A stretch of DNA of 60,790 bases from a virus, in IMG/VR virus record IMGVR_UViG_3300005253_000580, positions 1 through 60,790 of that record, one strand, 5' to 3'. Shown piece by piece: positions 32,953 to 42,124 of the stretch (the first letter of the stretch is position 1; each line of letters starts with the position of its first letter). The notes below the pieces were generated by a model, which saw only the letters and a list, made by a program, of their open reading frames with translations, was not told the origin of the DNA and did not search any database. The position numbers were made by a program, and so were the translations under genes.

Positions 32953-33650
32953 GCCTCCGCATAGGCCCGCGAGGCCAGGCACTCCCAATGGAGATGTGCC
33001 CCACTCACAAGGCCAGTCGCGCCGCTCCGCCCTATCTCCTGCCCCTCCTCTATCAGCTTGCCATACTCTACCGAGTACCAGCTAAGGTGGGCGTAGCCTG
33101 TCTCTAGACCGTTCCCGTGGTCGAGTCGAACGTAGTTGCCCAGATACTTGTGGTTCTCCAGCAGCATCGTCACCTTGCCAGGAGCAGCGGCCAGCACGGG
33201 CGTACCAGACCAGAGCGCCCAGTCCAGGCCGTAGTGGAAGTGCTCCTGATTCCCGATGTAGGTGGGGTCGTAACCCCACGGCTGGCTCATTGACCAGCGG
33301 CCGTTAAAGGGAAGTCGGAGCTCTAACGGGTAGAGGAGACCCCTTACGCTTGAAGAGCGCCGCTCCTCAAGCAACCCTATTTGTGTACTAATGCTGTCCT
33401 GATCACCAAGGATGGCCTGGTAGTCTTCCTCGCCGATAGAACGGTTAGCATCAATTGCGAGCAGGTGTTTGTAGTACTCCCATTCCTCGGGGGACCGCCC
33501 GTTGTGATTGCGCCGGTATTCACCGAGCCAGTCTTGCATACTCCCCTCTCGATCTGGTACCATAAGGATAATGCCGCACCACTGGTCGAATCCTCGCAAC
33601 AAGCCTAGCCATCCCGCAGAAGAAAGGTTCTGGCCTAAGGTCGGTTTCAC
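32877..33650 (-). CDS. M23-family peptidase (putative endolysin). Start probably 33563 or 33539.
   Basis: HYGLDWA...GTPVLAAAPGKV...VRLDHGNGLETGYAHL...GRSGATGLVSGAHLHWE. Confidence 0.8.
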   Translation of the reverse strand: MKPTLGQNLSSAGWLGLLRGFDQWCGIILMVPDREGSMQDWLGEYRRNHNGRSPEEWEYYKHLLAIDANRSIGEEDYQAILGDQDSISTQIGLLEERRSSSVRGLLYPLELRLPFNGRWSMSQPWGYDPTYIGNQEHFHYGLDWALWSGTPVLAAAPGKVTMLLENHKYLGNYVRLDHGNGLETGYAHLSWYSVEYGKLIEEGQEIGRSGATGLVSGAHLHWECLASRAYAEAHNIPFPDGVGVARIDPSLLLGSTL

Positions 33651-34002
33651 TGAGGCTTGTTGGTTGTGGCTTGGCGCTGTGGACAGAGATGGCTACGGCC
33701 AATTCGGTCTCACCACAGCTCCTGTAACAATGATCACCGCCCACCGGTACGCCTATATCACTTGGTATGGAACTATCCCCGATGGCCTCCAGATCGACCA
33801 CCTTTGCCAGATCAAGAACTGTGTGAACCCAACGCATATGGAGCTGGTGACTTCTGGCGAAAATACCCGGAGGAGAGCTAGGCTGAAGACTCACTGCAAG
33901 CATGGCCATCGGTATACCGCCGAGAATGTCTATGTCAATCCCACCACTGGGCGGCGACAGTGCCGTGTCTGCCAGAAGGCTAGGAACTATCGGCGAAGTT
34001 AG
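33571..34002 (+). CDS. HNH homing endonuclease (type A), opposite strand inside the lysis cassette
   Basis: LQIDHLCQIKNCVNPTHMELVTSGEN and HCKHGH...CRVC. Confidence 0.8.
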   Translation: MPHHWSNPRNKPSHPAEERFWPKVGFTEACWLWLGAVDRDGYGQFGLTTAPVTMITAHRYAYITWYGTIPDGLQIDHLCQIKNCVNPTHMELVTSGENTRRRARLKTHCKHGHRYTAENVYVNPTTGRRQCRVCQKARNYRRS

Positions 34003-35347
34003 CAAGGAGATCCACGATCAGGTTGAACTCGTGGAGGACTGGAGTCCCTGCTTCCTGGAGGAGTTCCACACTGGCTGGAATTTGGCCTACCGCCGCCGCG
34101 TGCATAGCCGCCGCCTCGAGCATCTCGGCGTCCTTACCGCCGGTCTCCTGAGTCCATGCTCTACCTGCCGGGGTCAGAAGCCACGCCTTTGCATCAGTTC
34201 GCCAGCTCATCGTTGCCTCCGGGGGGATAGGGTCGGCCACCACTTCTGATAGCGGCTCCTGCGCCGCCAGCCAAGCCGTCCATGCTCGCGCCATCTCCGT
34301 GCCCACATGGGTATACTCGCCGTGGTCAATGCCCGCCGAGTGATGGAGGAAGACGTTGGTAGCCTCGATGCGGTCCCCCCACTCAGCCAGGATGCGCGTC
34401 AGAAACAGCACCGCGTCCGCAGCATAGGCGGGCTGCTGGCCTGGCTCCGAGTTGTCGGGGCTGTTGAACTCGGTGATAACGATGGGCATGTCGGTAGGGA
34501 TGTGGTGGATGAGCCCACCAGGGTCCCGGGGCGGCTCGTCCCATAGTTCGGTCTTATCCTTGTAGCCAGGGGGCCGGGCGAACCGGAAGGCGTGGTAGTA
34601 GCTTGCGATGGGCTTGATACCGTAGCCGAATTTCTGCCAATAAGTATGAATTCCGCATTTTATGATGCCCTTGCCGGGGCGTTGATAGTTCAGCACCACG
34701 CCATAGATATCAGGCTGAAGGGCATAGAAGCCCCGCCCTCGCTCCTGGTAGATGTTGCCGTCACCGCCGATGTATTGCCGCACATAGGCAGGGTTGACCG
34801 CTGGCCCGTCCTCCTGGTGCCCGTAGGACTCGTTCCAGGCCACGTAGTCCACGTCCGGCAGCACCTCGTCGAAGCCCTTGATGATTTCCAGTTCGTAGGC
34901 GGCAATGCGCCGCCAGCCCTCCTCGGACTCCCAGTAGCCCTGGTTAGGCCAGAAGTCGGGCTCGCTGTCATCGTGCCCGCCGTGCTCGTTCCACAGCGTC
35001 AGCTCGTTCTTGCCGATGACGCCGCCTATCTTCTCGGCGGGCCAGCCGGGGACGTTCTCCCAGGGCATCCCATGCACGAAATCCAGGTAGCGCTCGGCGA
35101 TCATGCGGCCCCAGACACGCCCATCGGGGTACGTCTCCATGATGGAGCCGTGGTAGGGCCGCAGGTACACCATCGGCAGCTCCTCAGCCGGCGTCCCCGC
35201 GTAGTAGCGCAGCACCTGCGCAGCCTCACCCAGGCCCCCAGCCGCCGTGAGCACCACCAGGGACTCGGCGCCGGTCTCCTTCAACCCCTCAGTGGCGGCG
35301 GGGCCGCTACCTTGAGTGCCCCAGCCTGCTCTCTGTGTGCGCGTCAT
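33980..35347 (-). CDS. Putative TIM-barrel glycoside hydrolase (clan GH-A-like; tentative), possible second lysin or depolymerase
   Basis: LWNEHGG / AWNESYG (acid/base-like NE) and PIVITEFN (nucleophile-like TE). Adjacent to the M23 lysin. Confidence 0.4.
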   Translation of the reverse strand: MTRTQRAGWGTQGSGPAATEGLKETGAESLVVLTAAGGLGEAAQVLRYYAGTPAEELPMVYLRPYHGSIMETYPDGRVWGRMIAERYLDFVHGMPWENVPGWPAEKIGGVIGKNELTLWNEHGGHDDSEPDFWPNQGYWESEEGWRRIAAYELEIIKGFDEVLPDVDYVAWNESYGHQEDGPAVNPAYVRQYIGGDGNIYQERGRGFYALQPDIYGVVLNYQRPGKGIIKCGIHTYWQKFGYGIKPIASYYHAFRFARPPGYKDKTELWDEPPRDPGGLIHHIPTDMPIVITEFNSPDNSEPGQQPAYAADAVLFLTRILAEWGDRIEATNVFLHHSAGIDHGEYTHVGTEMARAWTAWLAAQEPLSEVVADPIPPEATMSWRTDAKAWLLTPAGRAWTQETGGKDAEMLEAAAMHAAAVGQIPASVELLQEAGTPVLHEFNLIVDLLANFADSS

Positions 35348-35535
35348 CGCTCCTCCAATCGGTTCAAGTCGCCGTGGATCTCCCAGGCTTCGGCCGACTC
35401 TTCTTTCATGCGTTCCATGACTTCGTGGAGCCTATCAAGCATGATGCGACCGGTGAGGTAGAGGTCCAGGGCACGATCAGCAAAAGCGGGCCATCTAGCC
35501 TGGTCCTGCTCAATCTGCTCAGCCGTCACCATCAT
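35344..35535 (-). CDS. Hypothetical protein (start at the internal ATG at 35535)
   Basis: MMVTAEQIEQDQ.... 4-nt overlap with the downstream gene. Confidence 0.4.
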   Translation of the reverse strand: MMVTAEQIEQDQARWPAFADRALDLYLTGRIMLDRLHEVMERMKEESAEAWEIHGDLNRLEER

Positions 35536-35679
35536 CCTACCTCTTGGCCAACGCCTCCCATATGCGGCGGTAGCGGCATAGACTCTCTTTGAGGAGGGCC
35601 TCGTGGACCGCCGAATCAAGAACTCCCCACCCTAGCTTCTTGAGGTCGGCCCAGTTAGCGTTGTCCGTGCTTTCGTTCA

Positions 35680-35940
35680 TCATCGCTGTAACTGCTCTAA
35701 CCGCCACCTTTGTTCATAGTAGCGATCCTGAATGGCCCTTGTAGGATACGCCTTCGGCCTGAAGTGTGCCCGCATGGCCCTTCGCGCCTCCTCGCTACGG
35801 TTGGCAGTCTCATGCGGCGTGGTTCGGAGGTAGCGCAAGGACTCCTCGTGGCGTCGGCGCGTGGCCCTGCCGCGTGGAGTCAGTGCTAGAATGAGCACCC
35901 TGAGCCAATGGATGGGATTCATCTCACGCCTCCAGTCCAT
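35680..35940 (-). CDS. Hypothetical basic protein
   Basis: 86-aa ORF. Confidence 0.4.
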   Translation of the reverse strand: MDWRREMNPIHWLRVLILALTPRGRATRRRHEESLRYLRTTPHETANRSEEARRAMRAHFRPKAYPTRAIQDRYYEQRWRLEQLQR

Positions 35941-35995
35941 GCAGTTCTGCGGCTACTTCCCATATCTCTGTCGCCTCTTCCTTGCGTCACCATCG

Positions 35996-36232
35996 CTACA
36001 CTGATACGACCAGGGTGCGGAGATACTCCAGCCTAGTGCTCAGGTGGTCTACCAGTTTGTCGGCATTGAGTTCCAGGTGTTCATAGGTAGACAGGAGGAC
36101 TTGGCTAAGACCATCCAACGCGGCAGGGAGTGTGCCGCCAACCCCGAAGATACCATACCGCTCCAGCGAGACGAGCCACCGCTGACCATCGAAGGATGCG
36201 GTAAGTCGAAGGGTTTTCTTCTCGTTCACCAT
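35996..36232 (-). CDS. HicB-like (UPF0150-fold) small protein; tentative
   Basis: MVNEKKTLRLTASFDGQRWLVSLERYGIFGVGGTLPAALDGLSQVL resembles the HicB N-terminal domain. Confidence 0.4.
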   Translation of the reverse strand: MVNEKKTLRLTASFDGQRWLVSLERYGIFGVGGTLPAALDGLSQVLLSTYEHLELNADKLVDHLSTRLEYLRTLVVSV

Positions 36233-36483
36233 TGCTCTATCACTCCTGCCCTGTTCACCTCTTCTACCGTGGGAGGAGGATAGACCTTTTCCTGCCCACA
36301 ATAGGCACATACCCCCACTACCGGCATTATACCAGAGGGCGTCAACAGCATCCTATGCGCACCCGTCGGGGACTCTGGGCAGTGCCAGGACTCACTACCC
36401 ACGTAGGAGTCAAAGCGGGGGTTGATGACGCGCTTCCCAGGGGTGAGTGCGCCCAGGGAGTGCTTCCAATCAGTCATCCTCAA
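36226..36483 (-). CDS. Hypothetical Cys/His protein
   Basis: HCPESPTGAH...CAYCG. Confidence 0.45.
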   Translation of the reverse strand: MRMTDWKHSLGALTPGKRVINPRFDSYVGSESWHCPESPTGAHRMLLTPSGIMPVVGVCAYCGQEKVYPPPTVEEVNRAGVIEQW

Positions 36484-36802
36484 ACTCCATCTCTGTATCC
36501 ATCTCGTACTCGGCTAGCTGGGCGATGATGGAGGACTCGGAGGCCCCCTCTTCTACCATGACCAGGAGGTGGGCGACGACGGGGCGCAGAACCTCGGTCT
36601 GGTGCAGGAACTCGCCAAACCTGCCCGGGGGGACGATGGGCTCAATGAGGGAGCGCATGTGTTCTCGCTCCTCTATATACCCCTCAAAGGCGTGAAGCGC
36701 AACCTGAAAGATGGGAATCATCCGACCATCCTGGATGAGGGCGACGAAGGCTACCCACTCGTCCTCTTCGTTCTTCCCGACGCCCCATCCTAGTTGGGCC
36801 AT
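36470..36802 (-). CDS. Hypothetical acidic protein (start at the ATG at 36802)
   Basis: MAQLGWGVGKNEEDEW.... The upstream extension of the track ORF is low-complexity. Confidence 0.45.
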   Translation of the reverse strand: MAQLGWGVGKNEEDEWVAFVALIQDGRMIPIFQVALHAFEGYIEEREHMRSLIEPIVPPGRFGEFLHQTEVLRPVVAHLLVMVEEGASESSIIAQLAEYEMDTEMEFEDD

Positions 36803-36804
36803 GA

Positions 36805-37005
36805 CTACGCCGGGGGTGCCCCGCTCTTGCCGAAGTAGTAGCCAATGCTGCCCATCGCCAAGCCCACCAAAGCCGTCAGAGCGGCTTCTGAGGCGCTGGC
36901 CGTCGCCAGGTAGACCAATGCCCCTACCGTAGGGCCGATGACGATGAAGGCCAGCACCGCCCGCACAGAGCCGGTCGGCCAACCGAACGCGCCTCGCTCC
37001 ATCAT
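36805..37005 (-). CDS. Small 2-TM membrane protein (holin candidate)
   Basis: VRAVLAFIVIGPTVGALVYLA and ALTALVGLAMGSIGYYFG. Confidence 0.4.
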   Translation of the reverse strand: MMERGAFGWPTGSVRAVLAFIVIGPTVGALVYLATASASEAALTALVGLAMGSIGYYFGKSGAPPA

Positions 37006-37049
37006 GACCTCCCGTTGACTTTCAGGATAGAAGTGCGATAATTACTAAT

Positions 37050-37637
37050 ATGGAACGCGAACGTATCAGTGGAAGGTATGCGCCAGGTTCGACGCTGCCT
37101 CTGCTTCCACGTTTTTGGGCGAAGGTGCGGATCACAGATTCCTGCTGGATCTGGATAGGCACTCATAATTCGTATGGCTACGGAATCTTCTGGCATCAGG
37201 GCAGGTATGTTCCCGCTCATCGTTTTTCCTATGAGTTGCACCGGGAAAACATCCCCGTGGGTTTGACTATTGATCACCTCTGTCGCGTGCGCCACTGCGT
37301 CAATCCGAGTCATCTTGAAGTGGTTTCTATGCGAGTGAATATTCTCCGAGGTGAAGCTCCTCCTGCTCGGAACAGACGGAAGCGGCACTGCCTCAGAGGC
37401 CATCCTTTCAACACAGCCAATACCTACTATACAAGGGGTGGTGATAGACACTGCCGTATTTGCGCACGTGATCGACAACGAAAGCGGACAGGGTATAAAG
37501 GGCCACGTACTCATTGTCGTCAAGGCCATCCGTTTGATGAGGCTAACACTTACCTTCAGCCAGATGGAAGTCGGGCTTGCCGCATTTGCAAGCGAGAAGC
37601 TCTGAAACGTTGGCGAGCAAGGATGCATCATAGCTAA
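37050..37637 (+). CDS. HNH homing endonuclease (type A) with two C-terminal CxxGH...CxxC modules
   Basis: LTIDHLCRVRHCVNPSHLEVVSMRVNILRG; HCLRGH...CRIC; HCRQGH...CRIC. Confidence 0.8.
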   Translation: MERERISGRYAPGSTLPLLPRFWAKVRITDSCWIWIGTHNSYGYGIFWHQGRYVPAHRFSYELHRENIPVGLTIDHLCRVRHCVNPSHLEVVSMRVNILRGEAPPARNRRKRHCLRGHPFNTANTYYTRGGDRHCRICARDRQRKRTGYKGPRTHCRQGHPFDEANTYLQPDGSRACRICKREALKRWRARMHHS

Positions 37638-37837
37638 GATGGGTGATGATTCTGCCTCCGTAGCAGTGTCGCTACTTCGCTTAGAACTAGGTGCATCTGA
37701 CGGCTTACCTCAGTGTGGTCATGGAGCTCACGGCGGAGGTCGCCGATCACAGCCTTCACCACCCAGCTTAGCAGACCAGCCAGCACCAGGGCTAGGCCAA
37801 AGCCGCCGTACTGGATCACCGGCAGAAGCTCTATCAC
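37634..37837 (-). CDS. Small N-terminal-TM membrane protein (holin/spanin-like candidate)
   Basis: YGGFGLALVLAGLLSWVV. Confidence 0.45.
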   Translation of the reverse strand: MIELLPVIQYGGFGLALVLAGLLSWVVKAVIGDLRRELHDHTEVSRQMHLVLSEVATLLRRQNHHPS

Positions 37838-38178
37838 GCCTTGGCCCGGCTACGCCTCGGCCTCTTCAGGTCTGGGGGCTTTCCCACTGGCACTTCTGGG
37901 GGTGTCTCCTTGGCCTTCTCCATCGTCTCCGCTTGGTGCTGTAGCTTCTCCACCATAGGGAGTAGTTCAGCCTTCGCCGCCTCCGCGCCCACTTGTTGAC
38001 GGGCCATCCGCCCCCTGAACTCCAGGGCGACGGCTATCTCTCCGATGGTCAGGTCGCCCATGACCTGAAGCTCCGCGTTGAGATTGGCTCCCTGCGCTTT
38101 GACGTTCAGAGTGATGACGCCGTGACGCTCTGGTGGAGTGTCGGGGGGTAAGGCTCGGCCTTCTCGCTTCGGGGTCAT
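37834..38178 (-). CDS. Hypothetical protein (start at the ATG at 38178 behind GGAGG)
   Basis: MTPKREGRALPP.... Confidence 0.45.
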   Translation of the reverse strand: MTPKREGRALPPDTPPERHGVITLNVKAQGANLNAELQVMGDLTIGEIAVALEFRGRMARQQVGAEAAKAELLPMVEKLQHQAETMEKAKETPPEVPVGKPPDLKRPRRSRAKA

Positions 38179-38189
38179 CACCACACCTC

Positions 38190-38459
38190 CTATCCCAGGA
38201 TCGTGTTGTCCAACCGCTGCTTGATGAGGTCCTGGATGGCCTGTACCTCGTCCTTGCGAGGCTGAGGTGCCACGAGCCATAGATCCTCGGTCTCCCGTGC
38301 CTGGTGCCCAGGACGGTTGCCCTCATCATCCGGAGCCGCGCTCAGGTTTTCGTAGCGGACGTTGTATTCCACCAGGTAGCCGATGACCTGGTTGTCAGTG
38401 TTGATCTGCGGTTCCACCTTCTCTATCCTGTAGGAGACCGCCGTGAGTACCTTGGCCAT
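38190..38459 (-). CDS. Hypothetical protein downstream of the tail fibre
   Basis: 89-aa ORF. Confidence 0.5.
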   Translation of the reverse strand: MAKVLTAVSYRIEKVEPQINTDNQVIGYLVEYNVRYENLSAAPDDEGNRPGHQARETEDLWLVAPQPRKDEVQAIQDLIKQRLDNTILG

Positions 38460-38468
38460 ACCCTCTTC

Positions 38469-40928
38469 CTATGCCGCCTGCAGCGCGGCTACCTCTGCCT
38501 CTAGTTCTTCAATGCGACCAATAAGCTGCTGAATGCCTTTGATTTGTAGACCAGCAAGATGTTCATACTCTACCTTCCAGGGGAGATGATTGCAACCCGG
38601 TAGGCCGGTGGAGCAGTATGGGCAGTCGCGCCCGCCGCCCTGGTCATTGACGATCCAAGGAGCGACCTTGATAGTCTCGTGAGCCAACATCCCTGTGTAC
38701 CGACCCCTATAGTTGCGACCGTAGGGAGATTGATCAGCAGGGTCATCCCACGCAAAGTCTACCACGCGCATCTGCCGGATGAGGCTAAGGGCATCTCTCT
38801 GGGTATCCTCAATGTCCACCTTCAGCCGTGCATCCGACGTTACGTTGATAGAGGCATTGCCGATGAAGAGCTGGGTGCTGGCCGCTCCTTGGGTCGCGTC
38901 GTCGATCTCGTTGTCACCGGAGTCGGCACCAATACGGATGCCTGTCTGCGCCACAATATCAGCCGACGCCACAAAACCTTCATGGGTGATGCTGGCCCAC
39001 GTCGCTACCGCCGTGGCGACTACACCGGAAATATCGAGACGTTTGACATACGCTTGTGCGTCAGCACGCGATGTGAGGACATGCAAAGCTCCTGGTTCGG
39101 TAGCGTGAGTTGCGCCGTACCAAATTATGCGGCTAGCTTTCCCTGCCGCGCCATCTGTCCCGCCACTGAGAATAAATGAACTATTGTCGGTCGCTACGTT
39201 CGCAAAGGAGCCATTCCCAAGTTGTATGTGCTGGTTCGCGGGGATAATTAAGGAGCCTGCTGGGTCTAGCGTCAAGTTGCCAGCAGCTGTACTGATAGTG
39301 GTGGCAGCGTCAAACTCCAAGGTGGACTCAGCTTCCACTGCAAGAACGGCCTCAGCATCGGTGTACTTGGCGTGGTGCTTAGGGTGCACGTGATCCTTGC
39401 GTGCCAAGCTACCTTCAGTGCCGTCAGCAGCCGAGTCAGCATCTATCAGAGGGTCGGAGGTGGCGTCGTCAATGAGAGTTACATCCTCGTCCGGCATCGT
39501 GATCGTGCGAGTGTTCCCTGTCGTGATGCCCGAGAGTTGGAAGTCCAGGATCCTCGTGGCGTCGCCCTCGTCGAAGATTTTGAAGGCGTTGTCGGCGAAA
39601 GTCGTAGCGATGGCTTGGGTAGTAGTCCCCGCGATACTGCTAGGAAACTTACCCCGTAGGTCGGCCTCCTCTACAGAGGTCCACGTTCCACCGCCGCCAG
39701 CACTGTGCTTTAAGAGGAGTCGAGAGATCAGGAACGCGGCGCCCTTGAAGTCGGCAGGGAGGTCGAATACCGTGTAACCCAACACGTCCTGTTCGGCGTC
39801 CGTTTGCTTGTTATAGGACCCCCCGGGAAGGTTCACGAACAACTGAGAGTCTGCAGCAGCTTCCGAGATGGACGCCCAGATGACCAGGTTGAAGTACTTC
39901 CCCGACATGCTCGCGCCGGTGTTGTCGGTCAACAGGTCGGCTAGGTCGGTAATGGTGGTGTATGGCGAGGCGTTGTCGTTGACGACGTGGACCACACTCC
40001 CAGTGCCAGTATTCTTTGCTGGCATCGTATGCGGGTGGAGCTGGAAGATAGTCCCAGAGGTGGTGGCAAAGTCGATCGTATCTGGGCTCCCACCTGTGAT
40101 CGTCAACGTCTGCGAGACACCGGACTTCCAGGTAGCGTGCTGCTCACGAATCCACTCTGTGAAGTGAGAAAGCTGGCCCTGGTTGTCTGCGTCGCTCAGG
40201 TGATCTGTCCACGCGTGGAACTTCAGCGCCCCGTTGGTTTGGACCAGCGCTGCCGTCTGGACGATGACCGTCGCTAGGGGTGCGTGCTCAGCGCTAGGGA
40301 AGGCTGACGTGCTGACGGTCAAGGCCTTGGTGGATTGCAGGATGTAGACGTAGTTCTGCTGTGGCGAGGTGGCGCTCCCGGCAGTCAGCGCGATGGTCGC
40401 GGGTGCTGCCGTAAACGTGGTGAAGCCATCCGAGAACAAGAGCGTGAGGTTGCCGCCACCTTCCTTCTGAACCGAGAAGGTGATGGTGGCACCGTCCGAG
40501 GAGGCACTGGCGTCGATGGTCTCTACGATACCGCCGTTGAGGATGCTTAGATTCGCTTCACCGTTCTTGATGAGGAGGCCATCCACGGTGACACCAGCGT
40601 CAGCGCCCAACTCGCCTATAACATCAAGGCTGAGCAGACCGTTAGAATCGATAGTCGCGACCGTCGCTGAGTCTGAATCCTGGATAATGACTTTTCGAGC
40701 ACCAGCGTTATCGGGCAACCGGATGGTGAAGTCGAGGCCGGCACCTGGGATGAAGAGGGGGCCGGTAGCGTCCGCGGCATCAACGAATTCTGCGGCTCCC
40801 ACCATGAGGTCATAGAGCGCCTTGATAGCATTGATGACGTTCGTGTTGAAGTCGTCGGGACGCACACCGCCGGACGTAACAGGTACGTCATTAGCGGCGT
40901 AGACCACAGGGTCAACGAAATCAATCAT
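38469..40928 (-). CDS. Tail fibre / tailspike with C-terminal intramolecular chaperone (peptidase S74) domain
   Basis: TSDARLKVDIEDTQRDALSLIRQMRVVDFAWDD...GMLAHETIKVAPWIV in the last ~120 aa (about 38469-38837). 819 aa. Confidence 0.75.
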   Translation of the reverse strand: MIDFVDPVVYAANDVPVTSGGVRPDDFNTNVINAIKALYDLMVGAAEFVDAADATGPLFIPGAGLDFTIRLPDNAGARKVIIQDSDSATVATIDSNGLLSLDVIGELGADAGVTVDGLLIKNGEANLSILNGGIVETIDASASSDGATITFSVQKEGGGNLTLLFSDGFTTFTAAPATIALTAGSATSPQQNYVYILQSTKALTVSTSAFPSAEHAPLATVIVQTAALVQTNGALKFHAWTDHLSDADNQGQLSHFTEWIREQHATWKSGVSQTLTITGGSPDTIDFATTSGTIFQLHPHTMPAKNTGTGSVVHVVNDNASPYTTITDLADLLTDNTGASMSGKYFNLVIWASISEAAADSQLFVNLPGGSYNKQTDAEQDVLGYTVFDLPADFKGAAFLISRLLLKHSAGGGGTWTSVEEADLRGKFPSSIAGTTTQAIATTFADNAFKIFDEGDATRILDFQLSGITTGNTRTITMPDEDVTLIDDATSDPLIDADSAADGTEGSLARKDHVHPKHHAKYTDAEAVLAVEAESTLEFDAATTISTAAGNLTLDPAGSLIIPANQHIQLGNGSFANVATDNSSFILSGGTDGAAGKASRIIWYGATHATEPGALHVLTSRADAQAYVKRLDISGVVATAVATWASITHEGFVASADIVAQTGIRIGADSGDNEIDDATQGAASTQLFIGNASINVTSDARLKVDIEDTQRDALSLIRQMRVVDFAWDDPADQSPYGRNYRGRYTGMLAHETIKVAPWIVNDQGGGRDCPYCSTGLPGCNHLPWKVEYEHLAGLQIKGIQQLIGRIEELEAEVAALQAA

Positions 40929-40994
40929 GTGACGTTCCCCTCAGAGCACGGACCTTTCCCAAAAGACCCCAATGAAAGGCGCTCATGTTTCTCC

Positions 40995-41534
40995 TCATAA
41001 TAGAAGCCATAACCTGGCGCTCTTCCTGGAGTTGCAGCTTTTACAAGCCGCCACGATGTTCTCCTTCACGTGGAACCCGTCCTTGCTCAGAGGTAGCACA
41101 TGGTCCATCGTGAGCTTGGCTACCTTCTCTTTGCAGTAGTAGCATCTACCCTTGGCATGATTGAGGATGGCCAGCCACTCAGCGGAGGTGAGTGGGGCTG
41201 TGGTGCTGCGCTTCTGTGCTCTGCGTCTGGCATCTTTGGCTGCCACCACCGCCCTGCCCTTCTCGGTGCGGCGGTAATCTCGCGTTTGGAGAGCTATCCA
41301 TTCTCTGTGGGCTTTTAGGTAGGCGGCCCTCTCCTCCTTGTGCGCTTCGCCATAGGTGCGGCCCCAAGCGGCCCTCTCCTCCTTGTGCGCTTCTCGGTAG
41401 GTGCGGCCGTAGGCGTCCATCTTGGCCTTGTGCGTCTCGTAGTAGGTGCGGCCGTAGGCGGCCAACTCATTCCTGTGCGCTTCTCGGTAAGCGCGGCCCC
41501 AGGCAGCCTTCCTTGCCCTGTCCTTGTATGGCAT
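40995..41534 (-). CDS. HNH endonuclease (type C) with N-terminal AHKEE repeats. Intact (fused) paralog of 25229..25845.
   Basis: EAHKEERAAW repeats plus CYYCKEKVAKLTMDHVLPLSKDGFHVKENIVAACKSCNSRK. The ATG at 41534 is behind GGAGG. Confidence 0.7.
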   Translation of the reverse strand: MPYKDRARKAAWGRAYREAHRNELAAYGRTYYETHKAKMDAYGRTYREAHKEERAAWGRTYGEAHKEERAAYLKAHREWIALQTRDYRRTEKGRAVVAAKDARRRAQKRSTTAPLTSAEWLAILNHAKGRCYYCKEKVAKLTMDHVLPLSKDGFHVKENIVAACKSCNSRKSARLWLLL

Positions 41535-41587
41535 CGTCTGCCTCCTCTCGGCTACGTGTCGTGAGGGGAACGTCACCCCTAAGGCTA

Positions 41588-41875
41588 TCAAGGCGCCAGG
41601 TGTCCCACATCGAATCCAATGGTGCTATCGAACTGGAACCAGTTGATGCCACCACCGACAGCCGGGTCGCCGAAGGCGTGGCTGGCGATGACCCAGTGCT
41701 GGGCGAAGCCCACGCGCTCCAGGTAGACGTGATCCCCGACGACGAACAGGGCGACGGCATCGGTGCGATTGAACGACGCCTCGATGGTCCGCCCGTTGGT
41801 GAGCGTGACGGCGTAGTTGTTGTCGCCGATCTTCTCCTTGATCGTGCCGAAGGCGTTGTTGACTTCTGGCCTCAT
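41588..41875 (-). CDS. Hypothetical tail-module protein
   Basis: 95-aa ORF with a 4-nt overlap. Confidence 0.5.
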   Translation of the reverse strand: MRPEVNNAFGTIKEKIGDNNYAVTLTNGRTIEASFNRTDAVALFVVGDHVYLERVGFAQHWVIASHAFGDPAVGGGINWFQFDSTIGFDVGHLAP

Positions 41876-42117
41876 GTCGTCGCCTCAACGATGTAGACCT
41901 GTTGCGTTGCTCGCACGAAAAGACACCTCACGCGCTCCCCACCTGACGGGTCCGTAATCGGCCCCTCTGGAATCACGAATGCCTCCATGCGCCTACCTGC
42001 ATAGAGTATCACGCCAATGTCCACCACGTCAGCGTAGAAGCTGAACGGCAACTCGATGAGCGAGTCCAGATTCTCCCGCTCGATAGGGGTGACGATGCCG
42101 GGAATCTTACTGCTCAT
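41872..42117 (-). CDS. Hypothetical tail-module protein
   Basis: 81-aa ORF. Confidence 0.5.
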   Translation of the reverse strand: MSSKIPGIVTPIERENLDSLIELPFSFYADVVDIGVILYAGRRMEAFVIPEGPITDPSGGERVRCLFVRATQQVYIVEATT

Positions 42118-42124
42118 GCCTTTC

